A stretch of DNA of 64,000 nucleotides. Source: Strigamia acuminata (taxonomy: Eukaryota). Below, one piece after another: positions 23,792 through 36,800 of this stretch. The position numbers and the translations under genes are program-made. The notes below the pieces were generated by a model. That model did not search any database, was not told the DNA's origin, and saw nothing but the letters and a program-made list of their open reading frames with translations. The stretch is taken from the NCBI GenBank assembly GCA_949358305.1, contig OX442314.1, forward strand, positions 31,806,001-31,870,000. The letters run 5' to 3'. Every line of letters starts with the position of its first letter. Positions within the stretch are counted from its first letter, which is position 1.

Positions 23792-25397
23792 TGTGACGAT
23801 TGACTTGGCGAGATACAAATTGCTTAACAATTAGAGCGAGAACTCGTGTGAAAGTGTAAAAGTACGGAGGCTTGTGATTTCTCAAATCATGTAACAATTT
23901 ATTACGAATGGAAGACTTATATAAAACCTATGCCTACAAATGGCTAAATAACTTCATGTTAAATATACAATGGGTTGGCAAAAGCCCTGAAATAATATCA
24001 CTTGCGGTTTTCAGTCGTGCAATAAGAATGTGTATCTTTCTTATTACGGTGACGTAAAAGATGTCGTCTGAGTATGGTTCGGGCTTCCAAATGGTCCTGG
24101 ATTGGTTCTAAAATGGTGTGTAATGGTTAGGCTTGGGTGTGTTATATCCGAGAGGTGCGGTTGACTTTGGCACAATCATCACACGTATAATTATTATATT
24201 GTTAATAATTATACAGCGCGATCATAAGAATGATGAAACAATCGAAATAAATATTCATGTAAATTCTATTGAATTAAACATGATATTGTGTTCGCGAAAC
24301 TGGATAAATAACTATAAAAATAAAGAAATAATTAAAATAGCGCCGAGCTATTTTTGCCCCGAGTGCAATCAACATTTGAGTCAGACTGAAATGTTCCGTC
24401 AAACCAACAACGAAATGAATCGAAGTATTTCGCAGGAAAGGTTATCCATCGCCGGGAAATTACTCCACTCGGTCCTGGCTGGCGGGAGAGTAACCGGGAA
24501 ATTACTCCGCGTCGATTACTCTGATAATGCGTCTGTGAAATATAAATACTCCACTCTAGATTCTACATTACCAATGCGTCTGTGAATTTTACTCCACTCT
24601 AGATTCTGCATTCTACAACGGAATGTTGGCATGAAGCTGGAGGGAGTGCGTCTGTGGGTTGTACCCCACTCTAGATACTACACTTAAATGTGTCTGTGAA
24701 TCTCTCCACTCTAGTTACTACATTTCTACAACGGAATGTTGGCATGAAGAGGCGGGCAGTGTGTCTGTGAGTCTTCTACCCACTCTAGATACTTACACTA
24801 AATACAAAGTATTTCTACAACGGATTGTCGGAACGCAGAGAAGTATAATATGTGCTCAAGTAATATCAGTATCAAACAAAAACAGAACAAGAGCGAGCTA
24901 TATCCGTTTTGCAGGGGGATATATACTCGGTGAGGAGAATAGCTGTTCAGTGATCCAATGGGATCACTGGGCAGTCAAATCCATCCAATCCCAGATCATA
25001 GGAAGTGGATACCCAGGACATAGTCTTCTACTAGGTCCACTACAGGAACTGGATACGCAGGACACACTTTGGATTAAGTCCCTTTGACTATAATCCAAAA
25101 GGAGTCCAACTCACAGTGGGTGATGAAGGGTGACTTCACCAGGTGTAAAGTTTGCACATAATTCAATAGAATTATGTGACAAATAAATCAACTAGTATTT
25201 AAACATCCAAAAGTATTTAAAAGTGTCTAAACTTTAGACACTTTTAAATACTTTTGGATGTTTAAATACTAGTAATTTATATTTTATTCACTCAAAAATT
25301 GTCGAAATTTGAAATTACCGCTAAAACGTATCAGCGCCATCTATTGGTGAAGTAATCGTCCTATACTAACAAAGTGTATGACAGTGTAACCGTCACA
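23792..25397 (-). repeat. 3' LTR of A (1606 bp, carries an extra hairpin)
   Basis: Matches the 5' LTR except at 25232-25269. Confidence 0.97.
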
Positions 25398-25968
25398 AGT
25401 CCCCCTTAAATATATGTTAATACCTGTATTAACATACTATTTATCCCGAATATCTTGAGGATCAAGACCACACTGTCATCTATGAAACTGGAGCTGTAAT
25501 CCTTGGTAAGTAAAAACCTTTATCTTATATCTTAATAGTATAAATAAAGAGTATTTCTTAATCAAAATGCTTCAAAATATTTATTAAGATTTTTAGAAAA
25601 ATCAGAATAATCAAAACCTGTACATTAAGTGACCTTAATACTAACAAAAATCTTTTCCATTGCAGAGAGACTTATCTCAACAATAGATCGAATCAACGGA
25701 ATAACATCAAAAGTGTAACTTATTAATAAAATGACAAATTTGAACATGAATTTTTACAGTCTTCAACTTGAAAATGTAAAAATCACACAGAATAAATCTT
25801 GTTACGGGTTAAAACTTGTTAATAAAATTCAATAATTATCTAAATTCTGCCGTTGGACTACTCTAAAAAATTATCACAAAAAAGGAATTCCTGTAGACCG
25901 TGTTGCTTCTGGCTTTTAGAAGGAAGTTGAGGAAAGCAACATATCCCCAACCTACAAGCGCTTTTCCT

Positions 25969-27678
25969 TCAGTCTAACTCGGAATCCTCCAATAACTCTT
26001 CCGCGGCGGTTGAAGTGGTATACGCTGGCGTAGTCGGAATTCCAATTATCGCGGCGGTGACAATTGCGGCAGCGATTTCTGGACTCATGGGTACCTCCTG
26101 GATCTCCGTGGTTTCAGGTTCCACGTCCAATCGCAATGGGTCTACTGCTGCCCCATGTTGTTGCTCAGTGAATGCCTCGAGTGGGTCTGGGCCTCCCAAA
26201 GGTGAAGCTCGGGCAGGAGCCGACTCAACATACAAAAGGTGGTGGTCCGGTAGCCCCTCGTGCCATCCATTCTTGATGGTGGAGTGAGTGTCGTACGAGA
26301 TCTTGTTCAAGAGCTGGCACCACACATAGGATCGGGTCTGGAAGGTCTCAGCTCGCATCGGGTGGAAGATCCACTGCATAATGGTCAAAGGAATTGAATA
26401 ATCAGGATTTGTACCTTCTCTTAGTGCTAGGCTGATCTGTTTTGCTGCCTCGATGAGAACAGGACGATAGTGCTGGATTTCCGCGTTTGCCCGCTCCTGA
26501 ATGGTCATCTCGGGTGATGGTAGAAACGGAGCGACCATCAGGATGACTGGCTCGAGTGTAACCTGAATATTAACCGTCGGAATCGCAGCTTCGGTCGTTT
26601 CGACAACTTGTCCTTCCATTGGAGAAGCAGCAGAAGTTGTGGGCGCCGTCATCTCAGGAGTGGTCGCCAAATTCAATGTTGAGACAACCTGACTCACTTG
26701 GGCAACGGTGGAGTCCGATTCTGTATCGGGCTGCGGTTCGGTAAGTCCTCCTCGCGGGGTTGAGCTGCTAGGCATTTGCGCCGGGTCTACATAAATAGCT
26801 TGCTCCGGGCCCTGGTGGATGAGGCCACATTCGCGGCACATCGCCCAATTGCGTGCTGTCGGCGTACTTAGCCCTTTGACGATGAATGGAAGAATTTCCT
26901 CGTTCCACATACTGGAAATTGCGACACGCTTACCACCGTGACAGTTCACGCAGACTACGGCGTGAATGCCGGACAATAATGAGGACAACCAACCACATCC
27001 TGCGCATAAAGGGCAGAACATAAGCTTTGATTTCGGCATGATGTTTGTTCCCAAGGCGGCAGCTTCCATATCGCGAAACACGCGTTCTCGCCGTTGCTTA
27101 CGATAACTTGGTAAGTTGAGCTCCGATAATGAGCGAGCTTGCGAGGTTGGGCGGGTCAACGCTTCGGATGAAGATGCCAACGTGGACTTGGTGGGTCCTT
27201 TGGGTTTGCCGGTTTTTCCTCGACTAGCGGTATCGCGAGGATTTCGTGGTCGAGCAAACGGTCTGTTGGTAGTCTGGGGCGGAGCTTCTTCATAAGATTC
27301 TTCTTCTTGTGAGAAGTCGTCTTGGCGCCGTCTCCTAGACGCGGAACGGGAATGATGTGACGAGTCGTCAGAAAAATCCCAATTCGGAGTCTCGCGGGGA
27401 GCATCATAGGTGACAACACGCTGACTAGCTTGACGGCCTCTGGAAGGACGCGAGTCGGTCGGGCTAACACCCATGGCGGTCCTAATTCGTGGTGGTACGA
27501 GATCCGGATTATCTCGGGCCCAGTTGGCGACGAGCTCGGGGTCAGAGGAGGGATTAACAAAGCGATAATCCGTCTCTTCCGACTCTTCTGGATCCCAATG
27601 TACGTACTGTCGCTTGCTAGCACGACCTCGGCGACTCATTGCGTCTTCAAAACAATATAAATTTTTATTTGAGAACAT
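25969..27678 (-). CDS. Accessory ORF3 of A, Cys-rich putative zinc-binding protein (non-Env); likely start 27639
   Basis: 569-codon ORF in the env position; CPLCAGCGW..CVNCHG..WAMCREC..AIYVDP homologous to ORF3 of B. Confidence 0.8.
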   Translation of the reverse strand: MFSNKNLYCFEDAMSRRGRASKRQYVHWDPEESEETDYRFVNPSSDPELVANWARDNPDLVPPRIRTAMGVSPTDSRPSRGRQASQRVVTYDAPRETPNWDFSDDSSHHSRSASRRRRQDDFSQEEESYEEAPPQTTNRPFARPRNPRDTASRGKTGKPKGPTKSTLASSSEALTRPTSQARSLSELNLPSYRKQRRERVFRDMEAAALGTNIMPKSKLMFCPLCAGCGWLSSLLSGIHAVVCVNCHGGKRVAISSMWNEEILPFIVKGLSTPTARNWAMCRECGLIHQGPEQAIYVDPAQMPSSSTPRGGLTEPQPDTESDSTVAQVSQVVSTLNLATTPEMTAPTTSAASPMEGQVVETTEAAIPTVNIQVTLEPVILMVAPFLPSPEMTIQERANAEIQHYRPVLIEAAKQISLALREGTNPDYSIPLTIMQWIFHPMRAETFQTRSYVWCQLLNKISYDTHSTIKNGWHEGLPDHHLLYVESAPARASPLGGPDPLEAFTEQQHGAAVDPLRLDVEPETTEIQEVPMSPEIAAAIVTAAIIGIPTTPAYTTSTAAEELLEDSELD

Positions 27679-28708
27679 GAATCAAACCGTCGGTAATTAA
27701 TTTAATTTCAAATTAAATTAATTGTTGACCAACAACTAGATCAATGTCACAATTAATTCTTAAGTTCCTTTTGTTAGAGTGTTTTCTTCATTTGTCGAAT
27801 AATCATTGAAATTAATAATTATTCTTGACTCGGTAGATAATTTCATATTATCTTTTAAACAATATCGTTGACAAAGTATTCAAATTAGTGTTTATTAAAT
27901 AAAATAAACCTAATTTTTGCATCTAAACGACATAATAACTAAAAAACCTGTCAAAATATTAAAAAATATTTTTGCAAGTATTTTTAGTACCTGACAATAG
28001 TCACTTTACATGATTTTAACTGTACGAATAACTCTTTAATTCGTCCGAGTAAATAATCTATCACCGACATCTGGTGGTGTTTGTTAGTATCATACACGTG
28101 ACTTGTTAATACATGTATGCTCACCAATTTCAAAGGAATTTAAGCGATATTTTTATCTTTCATAAAATAAACACTTACTAACTAGGTGCAGTCCTAACAG
28201 GGTATATCTGGCTAGTTTAACGTCTAGCTTCACGTATTTGCGAGGGCTGCTCGGTTCCGGTGATGTCGGCCGATAAAAACGTTGTGCGGCGCGTGCGAAT
28301 TCTAGGTCCGCCGTAATTAGCACTTTATGAAATAAATCATTATTAACTGTCAAAATATTCAAAGGAAATTTTGACACAATAAATATCGGAAATATTTTTA
28401 CCGGAGAATTACAACGTGATCACGTGGTGAGATTTTCTTTCGAGAAAATTCGACGAGTGAGTGGAATCCGTCAATTTCCTAAGTTAACTGATATTTGGAC
28501 ACAAATTCAGTTAAAGTTTATGTAAAGTCGTTTAAGATAAAACATAGTTTAACTCACTAGAACTCGGGAAAATCACGTAGTTTTCGTGGAAAGTTGAGAG
28601 TTGTCCAGAGTTGTGTCCGTGTATGAAAACTTAACAACAAGTGTCAACTACTCTCCAACGAGGGGTTAAGGGGAGTTTCGAGGAGTAATCTGATTGGTTT
28701 GTAATTAC

Positions 28709-30463
28709 TGTGATGATTACAAATCCGTATTTATCAATGTTCACAATAGATGGCGCTGTTTACCAAACGCGCGTAATTCAAACTCGATAAAACCAATAAG
28801 TGTGATAAATAATTATTTAGACACGGTGAATAAAATATAATTATTTTATTCGATATAAACTAAGTATTATTTACTTGACAATGTTGATTCTATCGAATCA
28901 ATATCCACATTACTTACCTGTCGAAGGGAACCAATTGGACCCTTCCTGCCCCCAACTGGGCCCATCTGGACATAGTCATATTTTAGGTCCGGACTAGTGA
29001 CCCACGAATCCGCCGATTCGTACGCTGATTGGCTGCCGCCGATCTAGTAGTTCTACAGAACTATATAAGCTCCAGTTTCTCACCCACTAACCCCCCTGGC
29101 TTGATAACTGAACTTGTATATTGTCTGTAGTTGAATTGTTATCGTTTGATTTCATTATTCTCTATCGACACATCAGGCCACCTCAGCTCTCCACAGTTAG
29201 TATTCATTACTATTTGTTATTGCTGTTGTAGGGCTATTTCGGGAAGGCTAACTCCGGTAATAGACATGCATTCGCATGAAATGGCCCCGTAACGTTAGCC
29301 AGCTGTTCTACGGGACAGTAGGACTTCGTACGGTGGCTTAATATAACGGTCGTATACAGTACGACCTTGCTAAATGAAAGTAGGTCCCTCAGCTAACTGG
29401 CCACAGTCCGCTGCAGGATGGTTGTTGTAAACAGCCCACGCAGGTTCCCGTCTTTCTACGATTGGTCCTTCCGCTCGTTAAAAGTCGGTAAAGGCCTAAT
29501 GCACAGGTAACACGCCGGGTTGGTAGCCCGTGAGTAATATCTTCAAGATGTTGCGATAAATAACTACCTGGATAATGGTAATCCAACGGCAGTGGCCAAA
29601 TAATATTTTACCCGGTGCTCGATCAATGGATCCCGTCATCGTAAGGCATGCTGGCGGATGGAGGAGTCAAATCCTCCCGCGATGGTTCTCTCGACCGTCG
29701 TGACGGTCCCCGCCCCATCGTACCCTCCGGGTTAGTAACCCGTGAACGATATATAAAATATATCGTGTTAAACAAATTACTCGGGCATTGGTAATCCTGT
29801 ATTGGCAATATCTTTTAAACCCGGTAAGTCCATAGAAATGTTTACCTGGTGGTTGGTACCACCGATAGCGAATTAAAGCGTACAATTAAATACTCGGCGC
29901 CTGATCACGAGATCTTGTCGTCGTAAGGCATGCTGGCGGATGGAGTCTCAACAACTCCCGCGACGTTCTCTCAATTGTCGTGACGGTCCCCGCCCAATTA
30001 ATATTTATATAACAATTCATTTGTTATATTCCATTAATCACTTTACTCTTATTCATTTGAAACAATGGAATATTCTGCCGAATATTCCTGTTTATGCGAA
30101 GGACTCTTCGCATATTTAGATAATCGAGCTGCGGACCAAATACGTCTCCGTAGCGCTATTTGTGACGATGCCGCAAGTCAGCCGTATCCCTCTGGCTTTG
30201 CCCGGATCCTCAACCAGTTGATGCCGCCGTTTACACGCGTCAAGAACCCACAAATTTTGTTATTATTATTCAGTAATAAATATGTTATGTCACACTAAGG
30301 AAACTGTAAGTTATTTCTGCTCAATCATGAATTCATATTTTTACACAGACTTCTGTAAGCTTATCTCGGTTAGGTTGTTGCTACTCCTAGCAACGTCTTG
30401 TTTAAACCGATTATTTATCTATCTTAAATGGCTATTAAATCAGCCAAAAGTAGAATCGTCACA
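28709..30463 (+). repeat. 5' LTR of B (1755 bp)
   Basis: TGTGATGATT...AATCGTCACA termini. Confidence 0.97.
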
Positions 30464-30465
30464 AG

Positions 30466-30483
30466 TGGAGGTTCTACCGAGAT
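30466..30483 (+). promoter_or_regulatory. Primer binding site, tRNA-Gln
   Basis: TGGAGGTTCTACCGAGAT. Confidence 0.8.
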
Positions 30484-31592
30484 AGGCTGCAAAAATTCAA
30501 ATGAATTTTGAAGTTTTGTGTGCCTATGATGAATTCGAGTAGTGTAATTTTTGCAGTAAAATTTTTGTGTGTAAAATAAATTTTGTTTGAAATTTATATT
30601 TGTGTTTAATATATTTTATTCTGTTTTAGAACTTCTCGCAAGAAAATAAGTGTAATTCACTTTATTCCGATTTTCCGTCGGAGAAATTATGTGTTTTAAC
30701 AAAACTAATAATTTCTACCGCGTGGTCAGGCCTAAAGGCCCAACCCCGAGAATAGGAGTCTTGCCCGAACTTGTTGAAGTTGGTTCCGCCCGGGTAACGT
30801 CATTTTGTCGTCGACAATCTGACAAAACCACGCGGTCGGGCCTAATTTTGAAAAGTTGACCTTCTGACAACATTCTTAAAGAATTCTATCAATTTAACAG
30901 TTGTTTTAATTTTAGAATATTCTTTTATATGTATTTGCTTGAGACTTCAAGTTAAACCTAAATTTATTTGCCTAAATAAATTAGAAAGAAAATTGACATT
31001 TTCGAAGGAATTAAAATTTATATTTTATTTCAAATGGTTTACCTTATTTTACAGACCTGATCTACATTAAAATGTTGGTTAAAATCGTGATCTCAAGCCA
31101 TTGAAATCGAATTTTACGAATGGAATACCATTCGAATTTTAGCGAAGAAGAATTCTCGCTGTTGTGTTGCCTAGCAACCCGTGTGGTGCAGAAAAGCCGT
31201 CGATTCAAACGAATCGGCGCGTCTTTTGAAATTACGAGTTTTAAAAAAAACCTTTAAAAAATTCCATAAAGGTGATCATTCATTTATTAATAAATGCGGT
31301 GATATTTTAAAAATACTTTGAAAAGTATCCATTTTGTTTGGTGACTACGTCATAACACTGGAATCTGTCAAGATTACGGTTCCACAAACTTGATGATTTC
31401 CACCAATCTCGGACGAGATTGGACTCTCGCGAGACTAGCGTTGATACTTGACCAATCAGAGAGGTGTATCGAAGTACCCATACTTTCATTCGAACTAGTG
31501 TGACCACTGCTTCGTTTGCGATCCTCCTGAACGTTTGCAACTTCATCGTTATCTCTCAGACTTAGGAAATTTTCTTGGTTTTAAGTTTAGTT

Positions 31593-33839
31593 ATGACTAA
31601 TAACCAGCATCACATGAACACCCGTGGTAAGGAAAGAACTTGTTTGACCGGTGGAATGAATCTATCTGGGTTTATACCTGTTCCTAATGGAACTGAAGAA
31701 GTGGAAAACCACGCGGTCCATAATGGCGTTTCAAATGAAACAGCCGGACCATCTGGAGAGAATAGGGCTTCACGTGAACCTACTCCGCCTGGAGAAGAGG
31801 AATGCATTCCTGAAGGTTCTCATTTAGGTCGAGGCGGTCTATTATTTTGTCAGGATCACGGTTTGAACCCAAACCAATTTAGATCTTTGACCGAAGTATT
31901 AGATTTTGTACACACGCGTCGTACTACGTCGGAGCAACCTAATTCCCCAGCCAGCCAAAGATTAAATAATTTTAGTCCCACTCCTTCGACGCCTATTTCT
32001 AGATATAGAAATAAAACTGCACAACCTCCTCGTCAAGATCAGTCGAATTTGACACCAGGAGATTTTAATCGTGCTTTTCAACAACGATTACGAGCGAATA
32101 ACTTCGCTCGCAACCAACAAAGGGGATTTACAAATCCCGGAAATTTTGAGAACACGTTCAATAGAGCGAATATGGGTCCGCCGAATATGGCCAATCCCAA
32201 TCCAAGTTTCCCAAACGGATCAAATAGTTGTCCGAATCTCGCTGGAAATTTGAATTCAAATTTAAATGTGACTAGAGGTCCAAACTACCGTTTTGATCCA
32301 AATTCTAGATTTGCAAACAATTCTAGTCCCGCACCTAACTTGCAAAAGGGTCACCCAGTTCCTCCGAACTCGAATAACCCAAATAATCCGAACGATTTAA
32401 ATAATCCTTCTACTGGAACTCCAGGAAATTCAAATAACTATTTGAATCGGGGTACGCCAGGTAATTCGAACTATCGTCCGAATTTTGGTAATCAAGAAAG
32501 TTCGAACAACCGTCCGAATTTTGACAATCAGGGTAATTCTAATAATCATTCGAATTATGGGAACCAAGGCAATTCGAATAACCATTCAAACTTTGGTAAC
32601 CACGGTAGGTCAAATCAAGGAGGGTCGAATAATTTCAACCCCAATAGTGGTGGCTCAAGTCAAAATAACTCGAGTCAACCAAACAATGGCGGATCGTCAA
32701 ACGACAACTCGCGCCCCCCCAGTAGCTTTGGAATGACGGCTGATGACCTCGCGTCCATTGCCACGACCATGCACAAGTTGATGCAGGCAGGAAAAAGTTC
32801 CGCCACTGTCCCTCAAACTAACTGTTTGAAACCGCCAGATATCCCTGTATTCTCCGGAAAAGCAGAAGAAAGCGAACGCTTTCTCAACATTGTAAAAAAT
32901 GTCGCTTTCCTGCGAAACATGTCACTCGATGACATGCTTGTTAAAGGCGTAGCCGGTTATCTAACCGAGCAAGCGCATGGTTGGTTTCATGAAAGGAGAG
33001 AAGATTTCATATCTTGGGAAGTATTTGAACAGGCGTTCAAAGAGCGGTTTGTAGCCACTCGACAAGAGCGGACGAACCAACTAACTAAGTTGAAACAACT
33101 GGAAACAGAAAGTCTTTACGACTTTATGCACAAATATTACCAGTTATGGATATTACAAGACAGTCTTGATGCAAAAGGGGCTGGATGTCTTTTTATCGGG
33201 AGTGTAACTCCTGCTAATGATTTGCTTTTGCATACGCAAGGCATAGCGGATTTACCTCTGACAGAGATTTATACCGTTATAACGAAAAATAAAGGTTTGT
33301 ACAGTCGTACAGCTAATGGAGCAAGGGAAAATATTTCCAATCCAGTTGTTTTCCCACCTCGGAAAACTGACACTCGTCCTCAGCCGAAGACAAATGCTAA
33401 ATCTTTAACTTTGGATTCACAAGAACAACTTAATATTTGTGAGGAAGAGTTACCTGAGGAGTGCGAGGCTGTTTATTTAATAAATGGAGTAGTAGATCAG
33501 ACCAGACGTGGTCAATTAGTTTGTTACCACTGTAAGAAACCAGGACACATGCGTCGAGAATGTCCAGATTTAAAACCACGTGCAAATTTCAACTCTGAAG
33601 AGTTGCAAAAACGAAGTACCCCGGATTCCTCGACTGTGGATCCTACTTCTAAACGTCCTAATAACAGATGGATAACTCAAGAAGTGTTGGATGCAACACT
33701 AGATGCTAAACTTGATGCGAAACTTAATACTTTTGAAAATAAGTTACAAACTTCGCTGACTAACTCGTTGGCAGAAATGGTCAAGACTTTGATCAAGCCC
33801 GAATCTGCTGATTCAAGTGCGACTAGTTCAAAAAACTAG
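31593..33839 (+). CDS. gag: Gag of B (Asn-rich disordered N-half, capsid, CCHC)
   Basis: IPVFSG..FL..AHGWF segment; CYHCKKPGHMRREC knuckle. Confidence 0.93.
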   Translation: MTNNQHHMNTRGKERTCLTGGMNLSGFIPVPNGTEEVENHAVHNGVSNETAGPSGENRASREPTPPGEEECIPEGSHLGRGGLLFCQDHGLNPNQFRSLTEVLDFVHTRRTTSEQPNSPASQRLNNFSPTPSTPISRYRNKTAQPPRQDQSNLTPGDFNRAFQQRLRANNFARNQQRGFTNPGNFENTFNRANMGPPNMANPNPSFPNGSNSCPNLAGNLNSNLNVTRGPNYRFDPNSRFANNSSPAPNLQKGHPVPPNSNNPNNPNDLNNPSTGTPGNSNNYLNRGTPGNSNYRPNFGNQESSNNRPNFDNQGNSNNHSNYGNQGNSNNHSNFGNHGRSNQGGSNNFNPNSGGSSQNNSSQPNNGGSSNDNSRPPSSFGMTADDLASIATTMHKLMQAGKSSATVPQTNCLKPPDIPVFSGKAEESERFLNIVKNVAFLRNMSLDDMLVKGVAGYLTEQAHGWFHERREDFISWEVFEQAFKERFVATRQERTNQLTKLKQLETESLYDFMHKYYQLWILQDSLDAKGAGCLFIGSVTPANDLLLHTQGIADLPLTEIYTVITKNKGLYSRTANGARENISNPVVFPPRKTDTRPQPKTNAKSLTLDSQEQLNICEEELPEECEAVYLINGVVDQTRRGQLVCYHCKKPGHMRRECPDLKPRANFNSEELQKRSTPDSSTVDPTSKRPNNRWITQEVLDATLDAKLDAKLNTFENKLQTSLTNSLAEMVKTLIKPESADSSATSSKN

Positions 33840-33870
33840 ATCCGGGGGACGAAGGTTTATTCCATCCCCC
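33830..33870 (+). promoter_or_regulatory. -1 frameshift signal (A AAA AAC plus GGGGGA/TCCCCC stem)
   Basis: pol frame is open from 33836. Confidence 0.8.
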
Positions 33871-36800
33871 AGAAGTAGCTAATGCTACATCGGAGACTTT
33901 ATTTATGGATGTAGACACTGTTTGTCTAGACACAGCCACTAGTCATAGTGGCGGAGTAGAGGAAAATCTGCAAGAAATGACAGAACAATTAAAAAATCTG
34001 ACATTGTTTCCACACAAGTGCTACACGAAGAAATTCTGTAGACTCCGCCGACTCAATCGAGTCATAGGTGGTAACAATTTGCACAATATTACTTTAGGTA
34101 ATAATAAAGATGATCCTCGAATGAAGATCACAATTGGTGGGCTCACCTTCAACGCGCTCATGGATACAGGAGCATCTCAATGTTACATCGGGGAACAACT
34201 CTTGTCTGAAACTCAGGCTTTGCCAGAATTTTTGCAAGAGGCCCCCAGAAATATGTTGGTTAACGCTGTAGGCGTAGCACACAAGCCTGTCGGACAAATA
34301 ACTTTGTGCGTGCAATGGGCTGATGAATTTACACCAATGAATTTCATCGTTTTAGCAAAACGAGTTTGTGGCTTGATACTTGGTCACAATTTCATGCGCA
34401 GACAGAAAATTAGTCCGCATCCACATTTACAAGAGTTCTCTTGTGCAGATAAACCTAATTGGTCCGCTCCTTATGAATCGGAAGAAGCCAATTTGGCCCT
34501 CGCCCCGTTAAATCGAATTACATTTGATTATTTAGGACTGTCGTCCACTCTCAACTCAATTGAGTTAACAGACACTCCTGTGTTGACTTGGGATGAAAAA
34601 TTAGTTGAGGAGAGCGACTGCACTCCGGAACAAAGACTAGCACTTCGCGAAGTGGTTAACTCGATACCGAATGTATTTCGTGATCAAGTTGGGTGCACTA
34701 ACGTGACCCAACATCGTATTAAGTTTAAAGAAGGGCATTCATTGCCCAAAATGCAGTATAGAATGTATAACCCGGCCAAGAGAGCCATTATGACCAAACT
34801 AGCTGCAGAATTGGAACAGGATGGACTCATTGAAAAGGCCAAAGGGCCCTTCATAAGTCATCCCGTCATTGTTGCGAAGCCTGACGGCTCGTATAGGATG
34901 TGCATTGACTACCGGTGGCTAAATGCCATCACTGAAGTCGAAGTAATACAAATGCCAAGTATTGACCTTTTGTTGCATAATACTGGTCTGGCAAAGTATT
35001 TTACGTCTATTGACCTTGTTAAAGGTTACTACCAAGTCGAAATGTGTGAAGAAGATCGTCCAAAAACGGCGTTTTATACGCCAAACGGCCCTTATCAATT
35101 TGTGCGAATGCCGTTCGGCCTTTGCAATGCGCCTTGTACTTTCCAGCGTCTGATGGAAGGCATTTTAGGCTCAGCTTTGCAAGACTACGCGTTAGTTTAT
35201 TTGGATGACGTAATTGTGTATTCAGATAATTGGGATGATCATCTCAAACATGTTCGAGATGTTTTGGAAAGGCTTAACCAAGCCAACATGACAATAAATA
35301 AAGCGAAATCTCGTTTTGGGCGTACAGAATTAAAATTCTTGGGCCACTGGATTAAACCCGAAGGTCTCTTCGGTGATCCCGATAAAATATCGGCGATCAT
35401 GAAATTTCCCACCCCCACGTGTGCTAAAGACATTCAACGCTTTCACGGCATGACTAACTTCTTCAGGAAGTTTGTTCCAAATCACGGAACTATTGCCGCA
35501 CCATACACTCGTATGATGAATGAGAAAACTCCATTTGAATGGGGAGATGAGCAGACAGTAGCTTTTAATAAAATTAAAGAGCTACTTTGTGGTGACAATT
35601 GTCTACACAAACCAGATATGACTTTGCCATTTGTTGTCATGACTGACGCTTCACATGAAGGCTTAGGAGCTGTCCTTTGCCAAGACGTCGATATATTCGA
35701 TGAAAAGAAGCAGAAAAACATTTCTGTACCCAGACCTGTAGCTTATGCAAGCAGAGTTTTACGTGGAGCGGAGAAGCGTTATACAACGCCGGAACTCGAA
35801 TGTCTCGCAGTCGTGTGGGCTATTGATCGATTTAAACCATATCTCGAATATGGTACATTCACTTTAGAGTCAGATGCAGAAGCACTGAAATGGTTGATGC
35901 GAACGCCTGAACCATCTGGGAAATTTGGCCGATGGGCCTTAAGAATCCAATGTGGAAATTTTAAAATTGTTTTTCGAAAAGGTGCTGCTAACCAAGTTGC
36001 AGATGCACTTTCTAGAGCCCCACTAACAGAGGAAGACATTCCTCTTCGTGATCATGTGGAACCTGTTGAAATTAAACAATACTGGCCTGAGTGGGACGGA
36101 AATCCTTCTGTTTCATTAAATCGTGCCCCAGAGAAACGAGAATATTTGGCTAGTGTGCGTGTCCATTTTTCAGAAAATTCTAAAGAATGTTCTGAAGAAA
36201 AGGAGGGGGAGGAAGTACAAGAAACCTTGTACAGTGCGTTGACTGAAGTACTTAAAGAAGTCCCTCCTACAAGGAGAGAAATAATAGATGCTCAGTTACT
36301 AGATACTGAATGCAAACGCATTCGAGAATATTTATTGAATGACAAGGTTGTTGGGATACCACAATCTGAAATAAAAGAATGGAAAAACAAAGTCAAAAAC
36401 TATTGTTTAGACAAAAAAGAAGTTGATGGTGATCAAATGATCATCTATTTTAACCCTTCGTTCGAAGAGGAATTAAACGATTCGGGAAACGGCTTTAAAG
36501 CCGTTGTACCCAGTTCACTCGTAAAACGAGTACTCTTCGCTTGTCATGGCCACCCCCTAAGCGGTCACGCTGGGATGAGTAAGACGCTTGAGAAAACGCG
36601 TTTAATATATTTCTGGCCTGGTATGAGTAGAAGTGTCAGGAACTACGTCAAAAGCTGCACGCACTGTGCTCAGTACAAGCCTATTCAACAGAAAAGGCAC
36701 GCAGCTCCTTACACACCACACAACATGACCAATCCTTGGGAATGTATTAACATGGACTTGATGGGCCCGAAACCCGCGGGAAGGTCCCAAAACCAGTATA

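Noticed and set aside
25969..27678. env gene
   Set aside because: No signal peptide or transmembrane anchor visible.
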